A DNA stretch of 64,000 bases from a virus (IMGVR_UViG_2837678835_000002:346-64345), one strand, 5' to 3'; counted from the first letter of the stretch, positions 38,364 to 49,532 are shown. Numbers and translations: made by a program. Notes: a model not told the origin generated them from the sequence alone.

Positions 38364-38737
38364 TGTCGCCCTTCGACCCCTTTGTCGGTCTTCCCTATGG
38401 CGTGCGCAGTCGCGGGCCGACGGCATACGACTGCTGGGGCCTGGTCGTCGAGGTCTATCGCCAAGCGCTCGGCATCCATCTTCCCCTCTTTGGCGATGCA
38501 GCCTCGGGCGCCGACGAAGACCGGCTATTCCGCGAGGAGCGCGATTTCGTGCGCCCGGTTGAGCGGGCCGAGCTCTTCGACCTCGTCCTGATCCGCGAGC
38601 GCCCTTGGCATATCGGCCTCTGGGCAGGGCGAGCCTCGATCCTTCACATGCCCTTCGAAGGCACTTCGATCATCGAGCCGGTGACCCGCTTTGGCCGCCG
38701 GATCGAAGGATATTATCGCCATGTCGAGCGTCTTTGA
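38363..38737 (+). CDS. NlpC/P60 tail-associated peptidase
   Basis: VGLPY...GPTAYDCWGLV...WHIGL...ILH. Confidence 0.88.
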   Translation: MSPFDPFVGLPYGVRSRGPTAYDCWGLVVEVYRQALGIHLPLFGDAASGADEDRLFREERDFVRPVERAELFDLVLIRERPWHIGLWAGRASILHMPFEGTSIIEPVTRFGRRIEGYYRHVERL

Positions 38738-41700
38738 TCTTGATCGACCCACGCGCCCCGTCGCCAAAAGGCGGCTGGATCTCAACGGGGAGGTTCTGAC
38801 CCCGGAAGACGCTGTGCTGGTCACAGCGGCAATGCACCCGCTGAAGACAGCCCACGAATTCGTGGCCGTCCGGACTGGCTCGAGCGTCGCCGAACTTGTG
38901 CATGAATGCGAGCGCGGCTGTGGCTCGCCCCGCATGGGTGCCAATGCCCATGTCACGATCAACGGCCTCGTTATTGCCAGGAGCGATTGGGACGACATCC
39001 GCGTCCTCAAGCGCGACCAGGTCGTCGTGCGAGCGGTTCCCGGCAAGGGAATGGGCAACATCCTGCGGTCGCTTCTGCAGATCGCCCTGGTCGTGCTCGC
39101 CGCAGCGATCGTCGGTCCGGCTGGTCTCGGGATCGCAGGAACCGCCATCGGGACGATCGTCACCGGTGCCATAGTTATCGGCGGCTCGTTCCTTCTCAAC
39201 AGCCTCTTCCCGCCATCACAGCAGAAGGCGCAGGACGAGGAGAAGTTCTATTCAATCTCGTCGAGGCAAAACACCTCGGCGAAGTGGCAGCCGATCCCGC
39301 TGATGCACGGCAAGCAGCGCATCGCGCCGAAATACGCCTCGAGTCCCTACACGAGCTTCGTTGGCAACGACCAATATGTGACGATGCTCTTCGTCTGGGG
39401 GCATGGTCCGCTCGACGTCAACGACTTCAAGATCCGGCAGACCTCCCTCGATCTCTACGACGACGTCGAGATCCAGCATCGCGCCGGCTATCCGGACGAC
39501 GAGCCACAGACGCTCTATCCGACGGAGGTCGTGCAAGAAGAGCCCAATATCGAGACGTCGAAGGATTTCGGTCCTCATGAAGTGACCGGCGCCGCAAACA
39601 GCGTGCGGGACGAGATCGACTTCATTGCACCGGGCGGGATCTACGAGGTCGTCGAGGGTGAATATGACGAGCAGAACGTCGACTTCGACATCTACAAGCG
39701 CGCTGCAGGCAGCAGCGACCCTTGGGTGTTCGAGCAGTATGTGAACCTCGTCGGCGACGACAGCAAGCCGATCCGCAAGACAGTCACGATCGACAAGGAT
39801 GCTGCCGTTCAACAGGAATACCAGATCAGACGTCTCACCCGTGACGACGACGATACGCTGCACTCGCTCAGCGTCACGCTGACGGCCATTCGGTCCTTCC
39901 GCGCTGGGGATCCGCCGATCGAATACGATGGGCCGTTGGCTTACACCGCGATCCGCATCCGCGGGACGAAGCAGCTGAACGGCATCATCACCGATCTCAC
40001 CGGTGTCGCGACCAGTCGCGTGAAATCGTGGAATGGGACCGAGTGGGTCGACGATCAGCCGTCCCGCAACAACGCTGATCACTTCCGGCATATCCTGCAG
40101 GGGCCGGGCAACAAGCGGCCGGTTCCGAATTCGCGGATAGACCTTCCGACCATCGAGGCATGGGCAGAGTTTTGCACGTCGAAGGGGTTTACCTTCGACA
40201 TGTACTGCGACTTCAAATCGAGCGTCCGCGAAACCCTCGCCGCCTGCTGTGCGGCGGGCCGCGCCGTCCCGGTCTTCCGCGATGGCCGGTGGTCCGTGGC
40301 GATGGAGGACGAATATCAGCCGGTCGTCCAGCATTTCACGCCACGCAACAGCCGGGATTTTTCCTGGTCGCAGGTCTACGCGGAGCAGCCTCATGCACTG
40401 CGCGTCAAGTTCGTCAACGAACGGAAGGATTGGGCCGAGGACGAATTCCTCGTCTACAATGACGGCTATTCCCGACTGAATGCGACACTCTTCGAGCAGG
40501 TCGAGTTCCCCGGCATCACCAATCCGGAGGTCATCTTCAAGATGGCCCGCTACCGGCTGGCGGAGAGAAAGCTCCGTCCGGCGACCTACAAGCTGACGAC
40601 CGATTTAGAGCATCTCATCTGCACGCGCGGCGACAGGGTTCATGTCTCCCACGACGTGATCAAGAAGGGCCTGTCGTCAGGCCGCGTCGTTTCGGTGGTC
40701 AATCGTGCGGTGACCCTCGACGAGCCCGTCACAATCCAGGACAGCCTCAACTATGGTCTGAGGATCCGCTCGAACGACGGCACGTCGCGGGTCGTGAACG
40801 TCGTCCGAACGATCGGCACCTCGAAGACGATCACGATCGCGAGCGGGTTCACACCGCCAGCTGTCGGCGAGCTGGTGATGTTCGGACTCCGTGGCCAGGA
40901 GGCTGGCACTTACCGGATCCTCGCGATCCAGCCTGGCTATGAACTGTCCGCCGACATCACGCTCGTCGACGACGCCCCCGGCATCTCCATCGCCGATACC
41001 GGCCCGATCATCGGCGACCCTGTCGTTCAACCGCCGACGCCACTCGATCAGCTGAAGCCGCGAAACCTGCGAGTGGTGTCGCAGGTCATCACCGAGGGCG
41101 GGGCGGTCTCGCGGATCCACCGCCTCTACTGGACAATGCCGTTCGGGCCCGATGTCGCTTCCTTCGAAGTGTCGGCCGTGAAGACCAACAAGTCGATCCT
41201 CGTCACCGTGGATGCCGGACAGCTCTATGCCGACTTTTCGGATCTTTCCGCCGGCGACTGGACCTTCGCCGTCCGCGCCAAGCTGACGGACGGCAAATGG
41301 ACCCCTCCCGCCATTCGTGCCGAGACGATCACCAGCGTCAGCAACCCGCTGGGTATCGTCGCCGATCTGGCGCTGGCGACAGGCGGGGTGACCTTTACGG
41401 GTACCGATGCCGAGTTCGTCTGGTCGCACGTCTTTCCGGGGCAGGAGCGTGCCCTCTACGCCCGCAACCTCGTGCGGGTCTATGACACCGCCACGAACAC
41501 GCTGTTGCGCGAGACATCGACGACCGAGCCGCGCTTCGTCTACACGATCGCCGCCAATCGGCTGGACAACGCACCATTCGGCCGGGCAGCCAGTCGCGCC
41601 TTCCGCGTCGAGGTCGCCGTCGTCGACGTCTACGGCAACCTTTCCCCGTACCTTGCGCTCGCTGTTTCCAACCCGGCGCCGGCGGCGATCACGCCGAACG

Positions 41701-44700
41701 TCATCCAGAGCTATGGGAACGTCACGGTCACCTGGACGCTGCCAAGCGAGCCGGACATCCAGGGCGCCTATCTCTGGGCCAGTCCAACCAACGGCTTCGA
41801 CCCGCTCGTCACGGTGCCGTTCTACGACGGCAACGCCAATCTCTCCATCGTGCCGGTGCCGATCGGTGAGAAGCGATACATCCGTATTGCAGCCTACGAT
41901 GCCTTCTCGCGGTCGGGCTTGGCGATCAGCCAGCAGATCGAGGTCACATCGCTCAATCCGGACAATGTCGACCTTACGCCGCCGGCGGTGCCGACCGGTC
42001 TCACGATCATTTCGGTGCTGGACACGGACGGCACGGCTCTCGTCACCGCGGGCGTCGATGCCAATACGACCGACGACGATTTCGCGTCGTTCGAATTCGA
42101 GCTATCGATCGCTGGCGGCAATTTCGTTTCCTACCCCGGTTATCGGAACACCCGGCAGTGGCGGCTTGCGCCAGGCAGCGCGATCGCCGTGCAAGTCCTC
42201 GCCCGGGACACCCACGGCAATCCCTCGGATTATTGCATACCCAAGCTCCACACGGTCATTCGGGACTTGGTCGCGCCGGCCAAACCGACATGGCCCGATG
42301 CCGGCGCCGTATCGACCTCTTCGGGCGCCGTCTGGCTGGACTGGGACGACAATGTCGAGACCGACTTTGCCAAGTACGAGGTCTATGAGAGCGACAGCGC
42401 AACGACGCCGGACGCCGCCGCCAAGCCGATCGCCGTGGTGCTTGCATCGTCTTTCGTCCGGACCGGTCTTCCGGCCGAGACGACGAAGAACTATTGGGTC
42501 AAGGCCGTCGACACCTCGGGAAACAAGTCCGCGTTCTCTGCCCGCAAGGTTGCGACAACGCCGGTGGCTTTTGCGGTCACGGCAGCTGCGATCGACGCCG
42601 CCATCAATCAGACAGCCTACGCGAACTCGATCGCTGCCCCGAAGATCGCCACCAGCGCCCCCGGAGCCGCCACGAGCGGCGATCCGAGCTATGTCAGCTA
42701 CAACGGGCGCCTCTATCAAAAGAACGCTGCCGGCAGCGCTTATGTCGCTCTCAACGACGCCTCGCAGATCGGCGGCATCATTCAGGCCGCACAGATTGCC
42801 GGGATAGCTGCTTCGCAGGTCACTGGACAGCTGACGAATGCGCAGCTGGCAGCGATCGACGCGGCCAAGGTCTCCGGGCAACTGACCGCGGCGCAGATCG
42901 CATCTGTCAATGCGGCCGCGGTGGCAGGGCAGCTTACCGCCTCGCAGATTGCCTCGATCGCTGCGACGCAGGTCACCGGCCAGATCGTCGCCGCACAGAT
43001 TGCGGATGCAGCGCTCACGGCGGCGAAATTCGCAGCATCGATCAGGCCGGTGGAGATCGTCTCTTCACTGCCCTCGAGCGCCAACACAGTCGGGCGCGTC
43101 GTGATGCTCACGAGCGACGGCAAGCTCTATCGTTACACGTCCGCCGGCTGGAGTTCGGCGACCGCGGCAGGCGACATTTCGGGACAGCTTTCGGCGGCGC
43201 AGATCGCCTCCCTGGCAGCCTCGCAGGTCACCGGACAACTCTCGGACGCTCAACTCGGCGCCATTTCAGCCGCCAAGGTTTCGGGACAGCTCTCCGACGC
43301 GCAACTCGCAAGCATCTCGGCGACCAAGCTGACCGGGCAGATCGTCGCAACGCAGATCGCCGATGCCACCCTCACCGCGAACAAACTCGCTGCGGGGCTG
43401 AAGCCCGTTGAGATCGTTTCGGCTCTTCCGTCATCGGGCAATGCGCCGGGGCGGGTCGCCTTTCTGTCGAGCGACAACAAGCTCTATCGCTACACGTCCT
43501 CGGGCTGGAGCGCGGCGACTGCCGCGCCAGACATATCAGGGCAGCTTGCGGCAGCGCAGATCGCCTCCCTGACGGCTTCTCAGATCACCGGTCAATTGTC
43601 CGACGGCCAGCTAGCGGCGATTTCAGCAGCCAAGGTGTCAGGTCAATTGACCGCGTCGCAGATCGCATCGGTGAACGCCGCCGCGGTTTCGGGGCAGCTG
43701 ACCAACGCACAGATATCCGACATTGCAGCCTCGAAACTGACCGGCACGATCGCTTCCGGGCAGATCGCCGACGCTGCGATCACCGCGGCGAAGTTCGCTT
43801 CCGGACTTCGGCCGGTCGAGATTGTTTCGTCGCTGCCCTCGAGCGGCAACCTCGAGGGGCGCGTCGTCGTCATGGGCGGCGTGCTATATCGCTACACGTC
43901 CGGCGCCTGGACGAAGTCCGTCGCATCGAGCGACATCTCGGGACAGATTGCCGCCGCACAGATCGCATCGGTCGCTGCTTCTCAGGTCACGGGACAATTG
44001 TCGGCCGCGCAGATCGCCTCGGTCGCCGCAGCCCAGGTGACCGGCCAGATTGTCGCGACACAGATCACCGACGGCGCTGTCACGACTGCGAAGGTTGCCG
44101 CAGGTGCGATCACCGCCAATGAAGTTGCTGCCGGCGCGATCGTTGCCGGCAAGATCGCTGCCGCGGCTGTAACCACTGCCAATCTCCAGGCGGGTGCGGT
44201 CACTGCCACGGAGCTGGCCGCCGGCGCCGTGGTCGCGGGCAAGATCGCCGCCGGCGCTGTCACGGCCGGAACGATCGTTGCAGGCTCGATCACCGGCGAT
44301 CGCCTGGCAGCCAATACGGTCACAGCGGCGCAGATCGCGGCGAATACCATCACTGCCGCCCAGATCGCCGCAGGGGCCATCTCGGCGACCGAGATCGCCT
44401 CCAACGCGATCACGGCCAAGCAGCTCGTCATCACCGATTTCGAGAACCTCGTCCCGAACGGCAATTTCTCGCAGGCCGGCATCCTCGCCGACATGTTCCT
44501 GGCGAGCGCCGGCGTGGCGGAAACCACCACCGCCTATCAGGGCGGCAACGCGGTCTTCATGCCGGCGCAGGGCGGCTATGCCGTCCAGACGCGCGACTAC
44601 ATCCCGGTCATTGCCGGCTCGGCCTACTACGTCGAGATGGCGATCAAGGCCGCGACGGCGACCGTCACGGCGAATGGCCAGACCATGCGGCTGTTCTGGT

Positions 44701-47700
44701 TCGATGCGTCGAAGAGCCCGCTCACCCCGAACTCGACCGATCCGATCTCCAATGCTCCCTCGACGACGTCCTGGGCGCTGCAGACGAACAAGGTCACCGT
44801 CCCGGCAGCCGCCGCGTTCTGCCGGATCGCCGTCTACAACACCCAGAACAGCGGCGGCGTCATTCTCGGCCGCCTGGGCATGCGCAGGGCAAATGCGGCC
44901 TCGCTGATCCTCGACGGCTCGCTGACGGCGAACATGATCCTGGCCGGCTCGATCACCGCCGACCGGCTCGCGGCCAACTCGATCACGGCGGCCCAGATCG
45001 CGGCGGCGACCATCACCGGCACCCAGATGGCAGCGAACGCCATCACTGCCCGGGAGATCGCGGCCGAGGCGATCGTCGGTGGGCATATCGCGGCGGGCGT
45101 GATCACCGGCGGCAAGATCGCCGCGCAGACGATCAGCGGCAACAACCTCGTCGCCAACACGATCACCGCGGCGCAGATCGCGGCGAACACCATCACAGCC
45201 GCGCAGATTGCCGCCGGAACGATTACCTCCGCCCAGATCGCCGCGGGGACCATCCTCGCCTCGAACATCGCCGCGGGAACCATCACCGGCGATCGCATCG
45301 CGGCCAACACCATTGCGACGCGCGAGCTGGCCGCAAATGCGGTGACCGCCAACGAGATCCTGGCAGGCACCATCACCGGGGCAAAGATCGCCGCGCAAAC
45401 GATCGCGGCTTCCAACCTCGTTGCAAATACGATCACCGCCGCCCAAATCGCGGCGGCGACCATCACCGGTACCCAGATGGCAGCGAACGCCATCACCGCC
45501 CGGGAGATCGCGGCCGAGGCGATCGTCGGCGGGCATATCGCGGCGGGCGTGATCACCGGCGGCAAGATCGCTGCGCAGACGATCAGCGGCAACAACCTCG
45601 TCGCCAATACCATCACCGCGGCGCAGATCGCGGCGGGTGCGGTCACTGCCACGGAGCTGGCCGCCGGCGCCGTGGTCGCGGGCAAGATCGCCGCCGGCGC
45701 TGTCACGGCCGGAACGATCGTTGCAGGCTCGATCACCGGCGATCGCCTGGCAGCCAATACGGTCACAGCGGCGCAGATCGCGGCGAATACCATCACTGCC
45801 GCCCAGATCGCCGCAGGGGCCATCTCGGCGACCGAGATCGCCTCCAACGCGATCACGGCCAAGCAGCTCGTCATCACCGATTTCGAGAACCTCGTCCCGA
45901 ACGGCAATTTCTCGCAGGCCGGCATCCTCGCCGACATGTTCCTGGCGAGCGCCGGCGTGGCGGAAACCACCACCGCCTATCAGGGCGGCAACGCGGTCTT
46001 CATGCCGGCGCAGGGCGGCTATGCCGTCCAGACGCGCGACTACATCCCGGTCATTGCCGGCTCGGCCTACTACGTCGAGATGGCGATCAAGGCCGCGACG
46101 GCGACCGTCACGGCGAATGGCCAGACCATGCGGCTGTTCTGGTTCGATGCGTCGAAGAGCCCGCTCACCCCGAACTCGACCGATCCGATCTCCAATGCTC
46201 CCTCGACGACGTCCTGGGCGCTGCAGACGAACAAGGTCACCGTCCCGGCAGCCGCCGCGTTCTGCCGGATCGCCGTCTACAACACCCAGAACAGCGGCGG
46301 CGTCATTCTCGGCCGCCTGGGCATGCGCAGGGCAAATGCGGCCTCGCTGATCCTCGACGGCTCGCTGACGGCGAACATGATCCTGGCCGGCTCGATCACC
46401 GCCGACCGGCTCGCGGCCAACTCGATCACGGCGGCCCAGATCGCGGCGGCGACCATCACCGGCACCCAGATGGCAGCGAACGCCATCACTGCCCGGGAGA
46501 TCGCGGCCGAGGCGATCGTCGGTGGGCATATCGCGGCGGGCGTGATCACCGGCGGCAAAATCGCCGCGCAGACGATCAGCGGCAACAACCTCGTCGCCAA
46601 CACGATCACCGCGGCGCAGATCGCGGCGAACACCATCACGGCCGCGCAGATTGCCGCCGGAACGATTACCTCCGCCCAGATCGCCGCCGGGACCATCCTC
46701 GCCTCGAACATCGCCGCAGGAACCATCACCGGCGATCGCATCGCGGCCAACACCATCGGCGCGGACCGGCTCATCGCCAACTCGATCACGGCCAGCCAGA
46801 TCGCCGCCGGTGCCATCGGCGCTTCGCAAATCGCCGCCGGAGCAATTACCACGGCGCATCTGACGATCGCCGAGTTCTCGAACCTCGTCGGGTCCGATTT
46901 CACCGGTGGGGACTTGTCCGGCTGGACGCTCGCTTCGGGCGCCATCTACAGCTATTCGGCCGGGGACGCCGCGGCAGCGCAGGGTGCGCACCGACTGCGC
47001 GGCAATGGCAACATCATCGGTACCTCGCGCTTCATCAGCGTCCAGCCGAACGATGCCTATTATCTCTCGACCTGGGTCTTCGACCAGGCGGCGACGACGA
47101 ACGCCCGCCTTTATGTCCAGTCGACGGACAGTATCGGCGGCAACGTCCAGAACACCCCGATCGCGCTCAACCCCAGCCGGTCGACATGGAACAAGCTATC
47201 CGACACCTACATCGTCCCGCCGGGTGTCTCGCAGATCGCTCTGATGCTTGTTCAGGCAAACGGCACAGGCTCAGAAAACTCCTTCTGGGCCAAGCCGGTG
47301 CTCCGGCGTGCAGCGAGCGCCGAGGTCATCGTCGACGGCTCGATCTCGGCCGCCAAGCTGGTCGCCAACGCGGCAGTGATCACCGGTACGATCCAGATTG
47401 CCGACGCGATCATTACTGACTCCAAGGTCGCAAACCTATCAGCTGCCAAGCTGATCGCCGGCACCGCCTTGGCCAACACGATCACGGTCTCAGGTGACAC
47501 GCTGGGCACGATCCAGTCGCGCGCTGCCGACCCTGCGGCTCAAATCAATGTCGCTCTGACAAAGGTCGACCCCGGCAAGATCCTGGTCAGTGGCGGCTCG
47601 ACCCAGACCCTGGCAGGCATGGCCTCGGCGATCACGATGGGCGGAGACTTCACGCTCATCAACGGCGGCGCGATCTCGGCGAACACGATCGACACCAACA

Positions 47701-48704
47701 AGCTGAGGATCGGCAACCGCAACGTCTCCCTGGACGGGATCGTCTTCGAGCACAATTCGCCGAGCGCCAACAGCGTCAGTTGGAGCGGCGGCGGCTCCAT
47801 CAGCTACATCAACAATTCCGGCGTGTCCGTCTCGACGGCCATCAGCGCCGGCAACGCGCCCTGGACGAGCGGAACCCTCTACCTCTACTGGACACAGGGT
47901 GCCTCGACCATCTCGGCAACCACGTCCATCTCGACGGCGAACGGGCCGAACAATGTCGTCCTCGCCTCTTATCGGGGTGGCACGCTTCTCCGCTCCGTCG
48001 GTCAAGCCGTCATCGATGGCTCACTTCTCAAGATCAACTCTGTCGACACCGCCCAGCTCAAGGCGGACTCCGTCACGGCGGCCGTTGTCGCAGCCGGTGC
48101 GATCACGGCCACGCATCTTGCCGCGAATTCGGTAACCGCCGTCAGCATCCAGAGCGGGGCCGTCACCGCTGACAAGATCAATGTCGCCAACCTTGCGGCC
48201 CTCAACATCACCGTCGTCAACGCCGATATCGCGAACCTCACGATCGGCGGCGAAAAGCTCCAGAACGGCGCAGTCTCCGACGTCTATCTCGATATCTCCG
48301 CCGTCACGACGGCAGGTATCAGCGCGATCACGACGCTGTGCACGAGGACGCTGTCGCTTCAGCCTTACGAGCGGCTTGTGATCAATGGGAACGCGCTCTT
48401 CAGCGCGACCGCCGGGTACAACCCCGACTTCGCCTACATCGGGGATGTCGAAATCGTCGTTGCAGGGACCGTGATCACGACAGTGCCTCTGGTCGGCATC
48501 GTCATCGAGAACTTCGGCACCATGCAGGGCTCGCCGTCGGCATCGTTCACCAACGGAGCGGCAGCTCAGTCCGTCACGATCGTCCTGCGCGTCAACATGG
48601 GGTCCGGCGGATCCGCCAAGCAGATGAACAAGAACCTCAACAAGCTGCAGAACCCGCCGAACGTTCTTGCCGGCGCGATTACCACCATCCGGGCGAAGAA
48701 ATGA
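38721..48704 (+). CDS. Giant central tail fibre / host-specificity protein (TipJ-like, ~3327 aa)
   Basis: N-terminal tip domains (PIPLMHGKQRIAP, PHALRVKF, TRGDRV), FN3-like domains, long AxQIA/ITAxxIAA repeats, three carbohydrate-binding-like inserts; AAGGA RBS before ATG 38721. Confidence 0.92.
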   Translation: MSSVFDLDRPTRPVAKRRLDLNGEVLTPEDAVLVTAAMHPLKTAHEFVAVRTGSSVAELVHECERGCGSPRMGANAHVTINGLVIARSDWDDIRVLKRDQVVVRAVPGKGMGNILRSLLQIALVVLAAAIVGPAGLGIAGTAIGTIVTGAIVIGGSFLLNSLFPPSQQKAQDEEKFYSISSRQNTSAKWQPIPLMHGKQRIAPKYASSPYTSFVGNDQYVTMLFVWGHGPLDVNDFKIRQTSLDLYDDVEIQHRAGYPDDEPQTLYPTEVVQEEPNIETSKDFGPHEVTGAANSVRDEIDFIAPGGIYEVVEGEYDEQNVDFDIYKRAAGSSDPWVFEQYVNLVGDDSKPIRKTVTIDKDAAVQQEYQIRRLTRDDDDTLHSLSVTLTAIRSFRAGDPPIEYDGPLAYTAIRIRGTKQLNGIITDLTGVATSRVKSWNGTEWVDDQPSRNNADHFRHILQGPGNKRPVPNSRIDLPTIEAWAEFCTSKGFTFDMYCDFKSSVRETLAACCAAGRAVPVFRDGRWSVAMEDEYQPVVQHFTPRNSRDFSWSQVYAEQPHALRVKFVNERKDWAEDEFLVYNDGYSRLNATLFEQVEFPGITNPEVIFKMARYRLAERKLRPATYKLTTDLEHLICTRGDRVHVSHDVIKKGLSSGRVVSVVNRAVTLDEPVTIQDSLNYGLRIRSNDGTSRVVNVVRTIGTSKTITIASGFTPPAVGELVMFGLRGQEAGTYRILAIQPGYELSADITLVDDAPGISIADTGPIIGDPVVQPPTPLDQLKPRNLRVVSQVITEGGAVSRIHRLYWTMPFGPDVASFEVSAVKTNKSILVTVDAGQLYADFSDLSAGDWTFAVRAKLTDGKWTPPAIRAETITSVSNPLGIVADLALATGGVTFTGTDAEFVWSHVFPGQERALYARNLVRVYDTATNTLLRETSTTEPRFVYTIAANRLDNAPFGRAASRAFRVEVAVVDVYGNLSPYLALAVSNPAPAAITPNVIQSYGNVTVTWTLPSEPDIQGAYLWASPTNGFDPLVTVPFYDGNANLSIVPVPIGEKRYIRIAAYDAFSRSGLAISQQIEVTSLNPDNVDLTPPAVPTGLTIISVLDTDGTALVTAGVDANTTDDDFASFEFELSIAGGNFVSYPGYRNTRQWRLAPGSAIAVQVLARDTHGNPSDYCIPKLHTVIRDLVAPAKPTWPDAGAVSTSSGAVWLDWDDNVETDFAKYEVYESDSATTPDAAAKPIAVVLASSFVRTGLPAETTKNYWVKAVDTSGNKSAFSARKVATTPVAFAVTAAAIDAAINQTAYANSIAAPKIATSAPGAATSGDPSYVSYNGRLYQKNAAGSAYVALNDASQIGGIIQAAQIAGIAASQVTGQLTNAQLAAIDAAKVSGQLTAAQIASVNAAAVAGQLTASQIASIAATQVTGQIVAAQIADAALTAAKFAASIRPVEIVSSLPSSANTVGRVVMLTSDGKLYRYTSAGWSSATAAGDISGQLSAAQIASLAASQVTGQLSDAQLGAISAAKVSGQLSDAQLASISATKLTGQIVATQIADATLTANKLAAGLKPVEIVSALPSSGNAPGRVAFLSSDNKLYRYTSSGWSAATAAPDISGQLAAAQIASLTASQITGQLSDGQLAAISAAKVSGQLTASQIASVNAAAVSGQLTNAQISDIAASKLTGTIASGQIADAAITAAKFASGLRPVEIVSSLPSSGNLEGRVVVMGGVLYRYTSGAWTKSVASSDISGQIAAAQIASVAASQVTGQLSAAQIASVAAAQVTGQIVATQITDGAVTTAKVAAGAITANEVAAGAIVAGKIAAAAVTTANLQAGAVTATELAAGAVVAGKIAAGAVTAGTIVAGSITGDRLAANTVTAAQIAANTITAAQIAAGAISATEIASNAITAKQLVITDFENLVPNGNFSQAGILADMFLASAGVAETTTAYQGGNAVFMPAQGGYAVQTRDYIPVIAGSAYYVEMAIKAATATVTANGQTMRLFWFDASKSPLTPNSTDPISNAPSTTSWALQTNKVTVPAAAAFCRIAVYNTQNSGGVILGRLGMRRANAASLILDGSLTANMILAGSITADRLAANSITAAQIAAATITGTQMAANAITAREIAAEAIVGGHIAAGVITGGKIAAQTISGNNLVANTITAAQIAANTITAAQIAAGTITSAQIAAGTILASNIAAGTITGDRIAANTIATRELAANAVTANEILAGTITGAKIAAQTIAASNLVANTITAAQIAAATITGTQMAANAITAREIAAEAIVGGHIAAGVITGGKIAAQTISGNNLVANTITAAQIAAGAVTATELAAGAVVAGKIAAGAVTAGTIVAGSITGDRLAANTVTAAQIAANTITAAQIAAGAISATEIASNAITAKQLVITDFENLVPNGNFSQAGILADMFLASAGVAETTTAYQGGNAVFMPAQGGYAVQTRDYIPVIAGSAYYVEMAIKAATATVTANGQTMRLFWFDASKSPLTPNSTDPISNAPSTTSWALQTNKVTVPAAAAFCRIAVYNTQNSGGVILGRLGMRRANAASLILDGSLTANMILAGSITADRLAANSITAAQIAAATITGTQMAANAITAREIAAEAIVGGHIAAGVITGGKIAAQTISGNNLVANTITAAQIAANTITAAQIAAGTITSAQIAAGTILASNIAAGTITGDRIAANTIGADRLIANSITASQIAAGAIGASQIAAGAITTAHLTIAEFSNLVGSDFTGGDLSGWTLASGAIYSYSAGDAAAAQGAHRLRGNGNIIGTSRFISVQPNDAYYLSTWVFDQAATTNARLYVQSTDSIGGNVQNTPIALNPSRSTWNKLSDTYIVPPGVSQIALMLVQANGTGSENSFWAKPVLRRAASAEVIVDGSISAAKLVANAAVITGTIQIADAIITDSKVANLSAAKLIAGTALANTITVSGDTLGTIQSRAADPAAQINVALTKVDPGKILVSGGSTQTLAGMASAITMGGDFTLINGGAISANTIDTNKLRIGNRNVSLDGIVFEHNSPSANSVSWSGGGSISYINNSGVSVSTAISAGNAPWTSGTLYLYWTQGASTISATTSISTANGPNNVVLASYRGGTLLRSVGQAVIDGSLLKINSVDTAQLKADSVTAAVVAAGAITATHLAANSVTAVSIQSGAVTADKINVANLAALNITVVNADIANLTIGGEKLQNGAVSDVYLDISAVTTAGISAITTLCTRTLSLQPYERLVINGNALFSATAGYNPDFAYIGDVEIVVAGTVITTVPLVGIVIENFGTMQGSPSASFTNGAAAQSVTIVLRVNMGSGGSAKQMNKNLNKLQNPPNVLAGAITTIRAKK
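44190..46756 (+). repeat. Near-identical in-frame direct repeat (~1.12 kb, period 1443 bp) in the tail fibre
   Basis: ~44190-45313 vs ~45633-46756; ORF-track shadows 44194..44907 and 45637..46350 are identical. Confidence 0.95.
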
Positions 48705-49102
48705 TCTGGTTCCTGCTTCATCGAGAGGGCGTACCGACACAGCAGGGTAATGCGGCGACTGCCGTCGAGGCCCTGCTGCAGGGCGGCGAGATGGGCAATG
48801 TCGTCATCATCTCCAGCCCGATCTCAGATCTCTCGAAGGTGTATGTCGGTGACGGCGTCGTGCAGGTGCGGCCGCAGCCGGCAATCTCTCTATCGAAGAC
48901 GCAGATCATGGCTGACGGCGTGGACGCCGCGCAGATCAGCAATCTGCCGGCAAACTGTTCGCTTCTCGTCGACGGCGTCGCAGTCCCGGTGTCAGGCGGC
49001 ACAGCGACGCTCAAAAGCCGCGTCGCCAGGGTCTACAGCCTGAGGGTCGAGGCATGGCCTGCGCTCCCCTGGTCAGCGACCGTCACAGCAAAGGCACCAT
49101 GA
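48701..49102 (+). CDS. Tail fibre-associated protein
   Basis: ATGA overlap; MIWFLLHREG...ADGVDAAQISNLP...VEAWP. Confidence 0.7.
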   Translation: MIWFLLHREGVPTQQGNAATAVEALLQGGEMGNVVIISSPISDLSKVYVGDGVVQVRPQPAISLSKTQIMADGVDAAQISNLPANCSLLVDGVAVPVSGGTATLKSRVARVYSLRVEAWPALPWSATVTAKAP

Positions 49103-49103
49103 G

Positions 49104-49532
49104 ATGCCCGAAATCTTCCTGGACGACACTATCCCGCCGGTGACCGGTGAGCAGGTGAATGCCGAGCGGGACCGGCGCATCAACAGCGGCGTCATCTTCA
49201 ACGGCAAGCACTACCAGACCGGTCAGGATGATCGCGAGAACATCGCAGGGAAGTCTCTGGCCGCCTTCATGGCGATCGTCGGAGGCGCCCAGCCGGGCGA
49301 CATCTACTGGAGCGGCAAGAAGGACGCTGCCGGCACCCCCATCCCATTCGTGTGGATCGCCACCGACAACAGCTACAACCCGATGGACGCCCAAACGATG
49401 GTGGCGTTCGGGACGGCCGTCGCCGATCGAAAAGAGCTGCTGATCTTCAGGGCCTCGGCCATGAAAAAACAGAACCCCATCCCGCTTGACTACAAGAGCG
49501 ACGTCCATTGGCCGGAAGGACTGGATCCGTGA
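49104..49532 (+). CDS. DUF4376-like tail fibre assembly protein
   Basis: VNAERDRRI...YQT...WIATDNS...MDAQTM...DYKSDVHWP. Confidence 0.8.
   Translation: MPEIFLDDTIPPVTGEQVNAERDRRINSGVIFNGKHYQTGQDDRENIAGKSLAAFMAIVGGAQPGDIYWSGKKDAAGTPIPFVWIATDNSYNPMDAQTMVAFGTAVADRKELLIFRASAMKKQNPIPLDYKSDVHWPEGLDP

Noticed and set aside
44190-46756. Tail-fibre repeat as a diversity-generating retroelement TR/VR pair
   Set aside because: No reverse transcriptase in the window; both copies are in frame within one gene, far longer than a TR, and the few differences are synonymous-type.
43884-46991. 1035-aa minus-strand ORF
   Set aside because: Antisense shadow of the repetitive, GC-rich fibre gene; Arg/Asp/Gly low-complexity translation.
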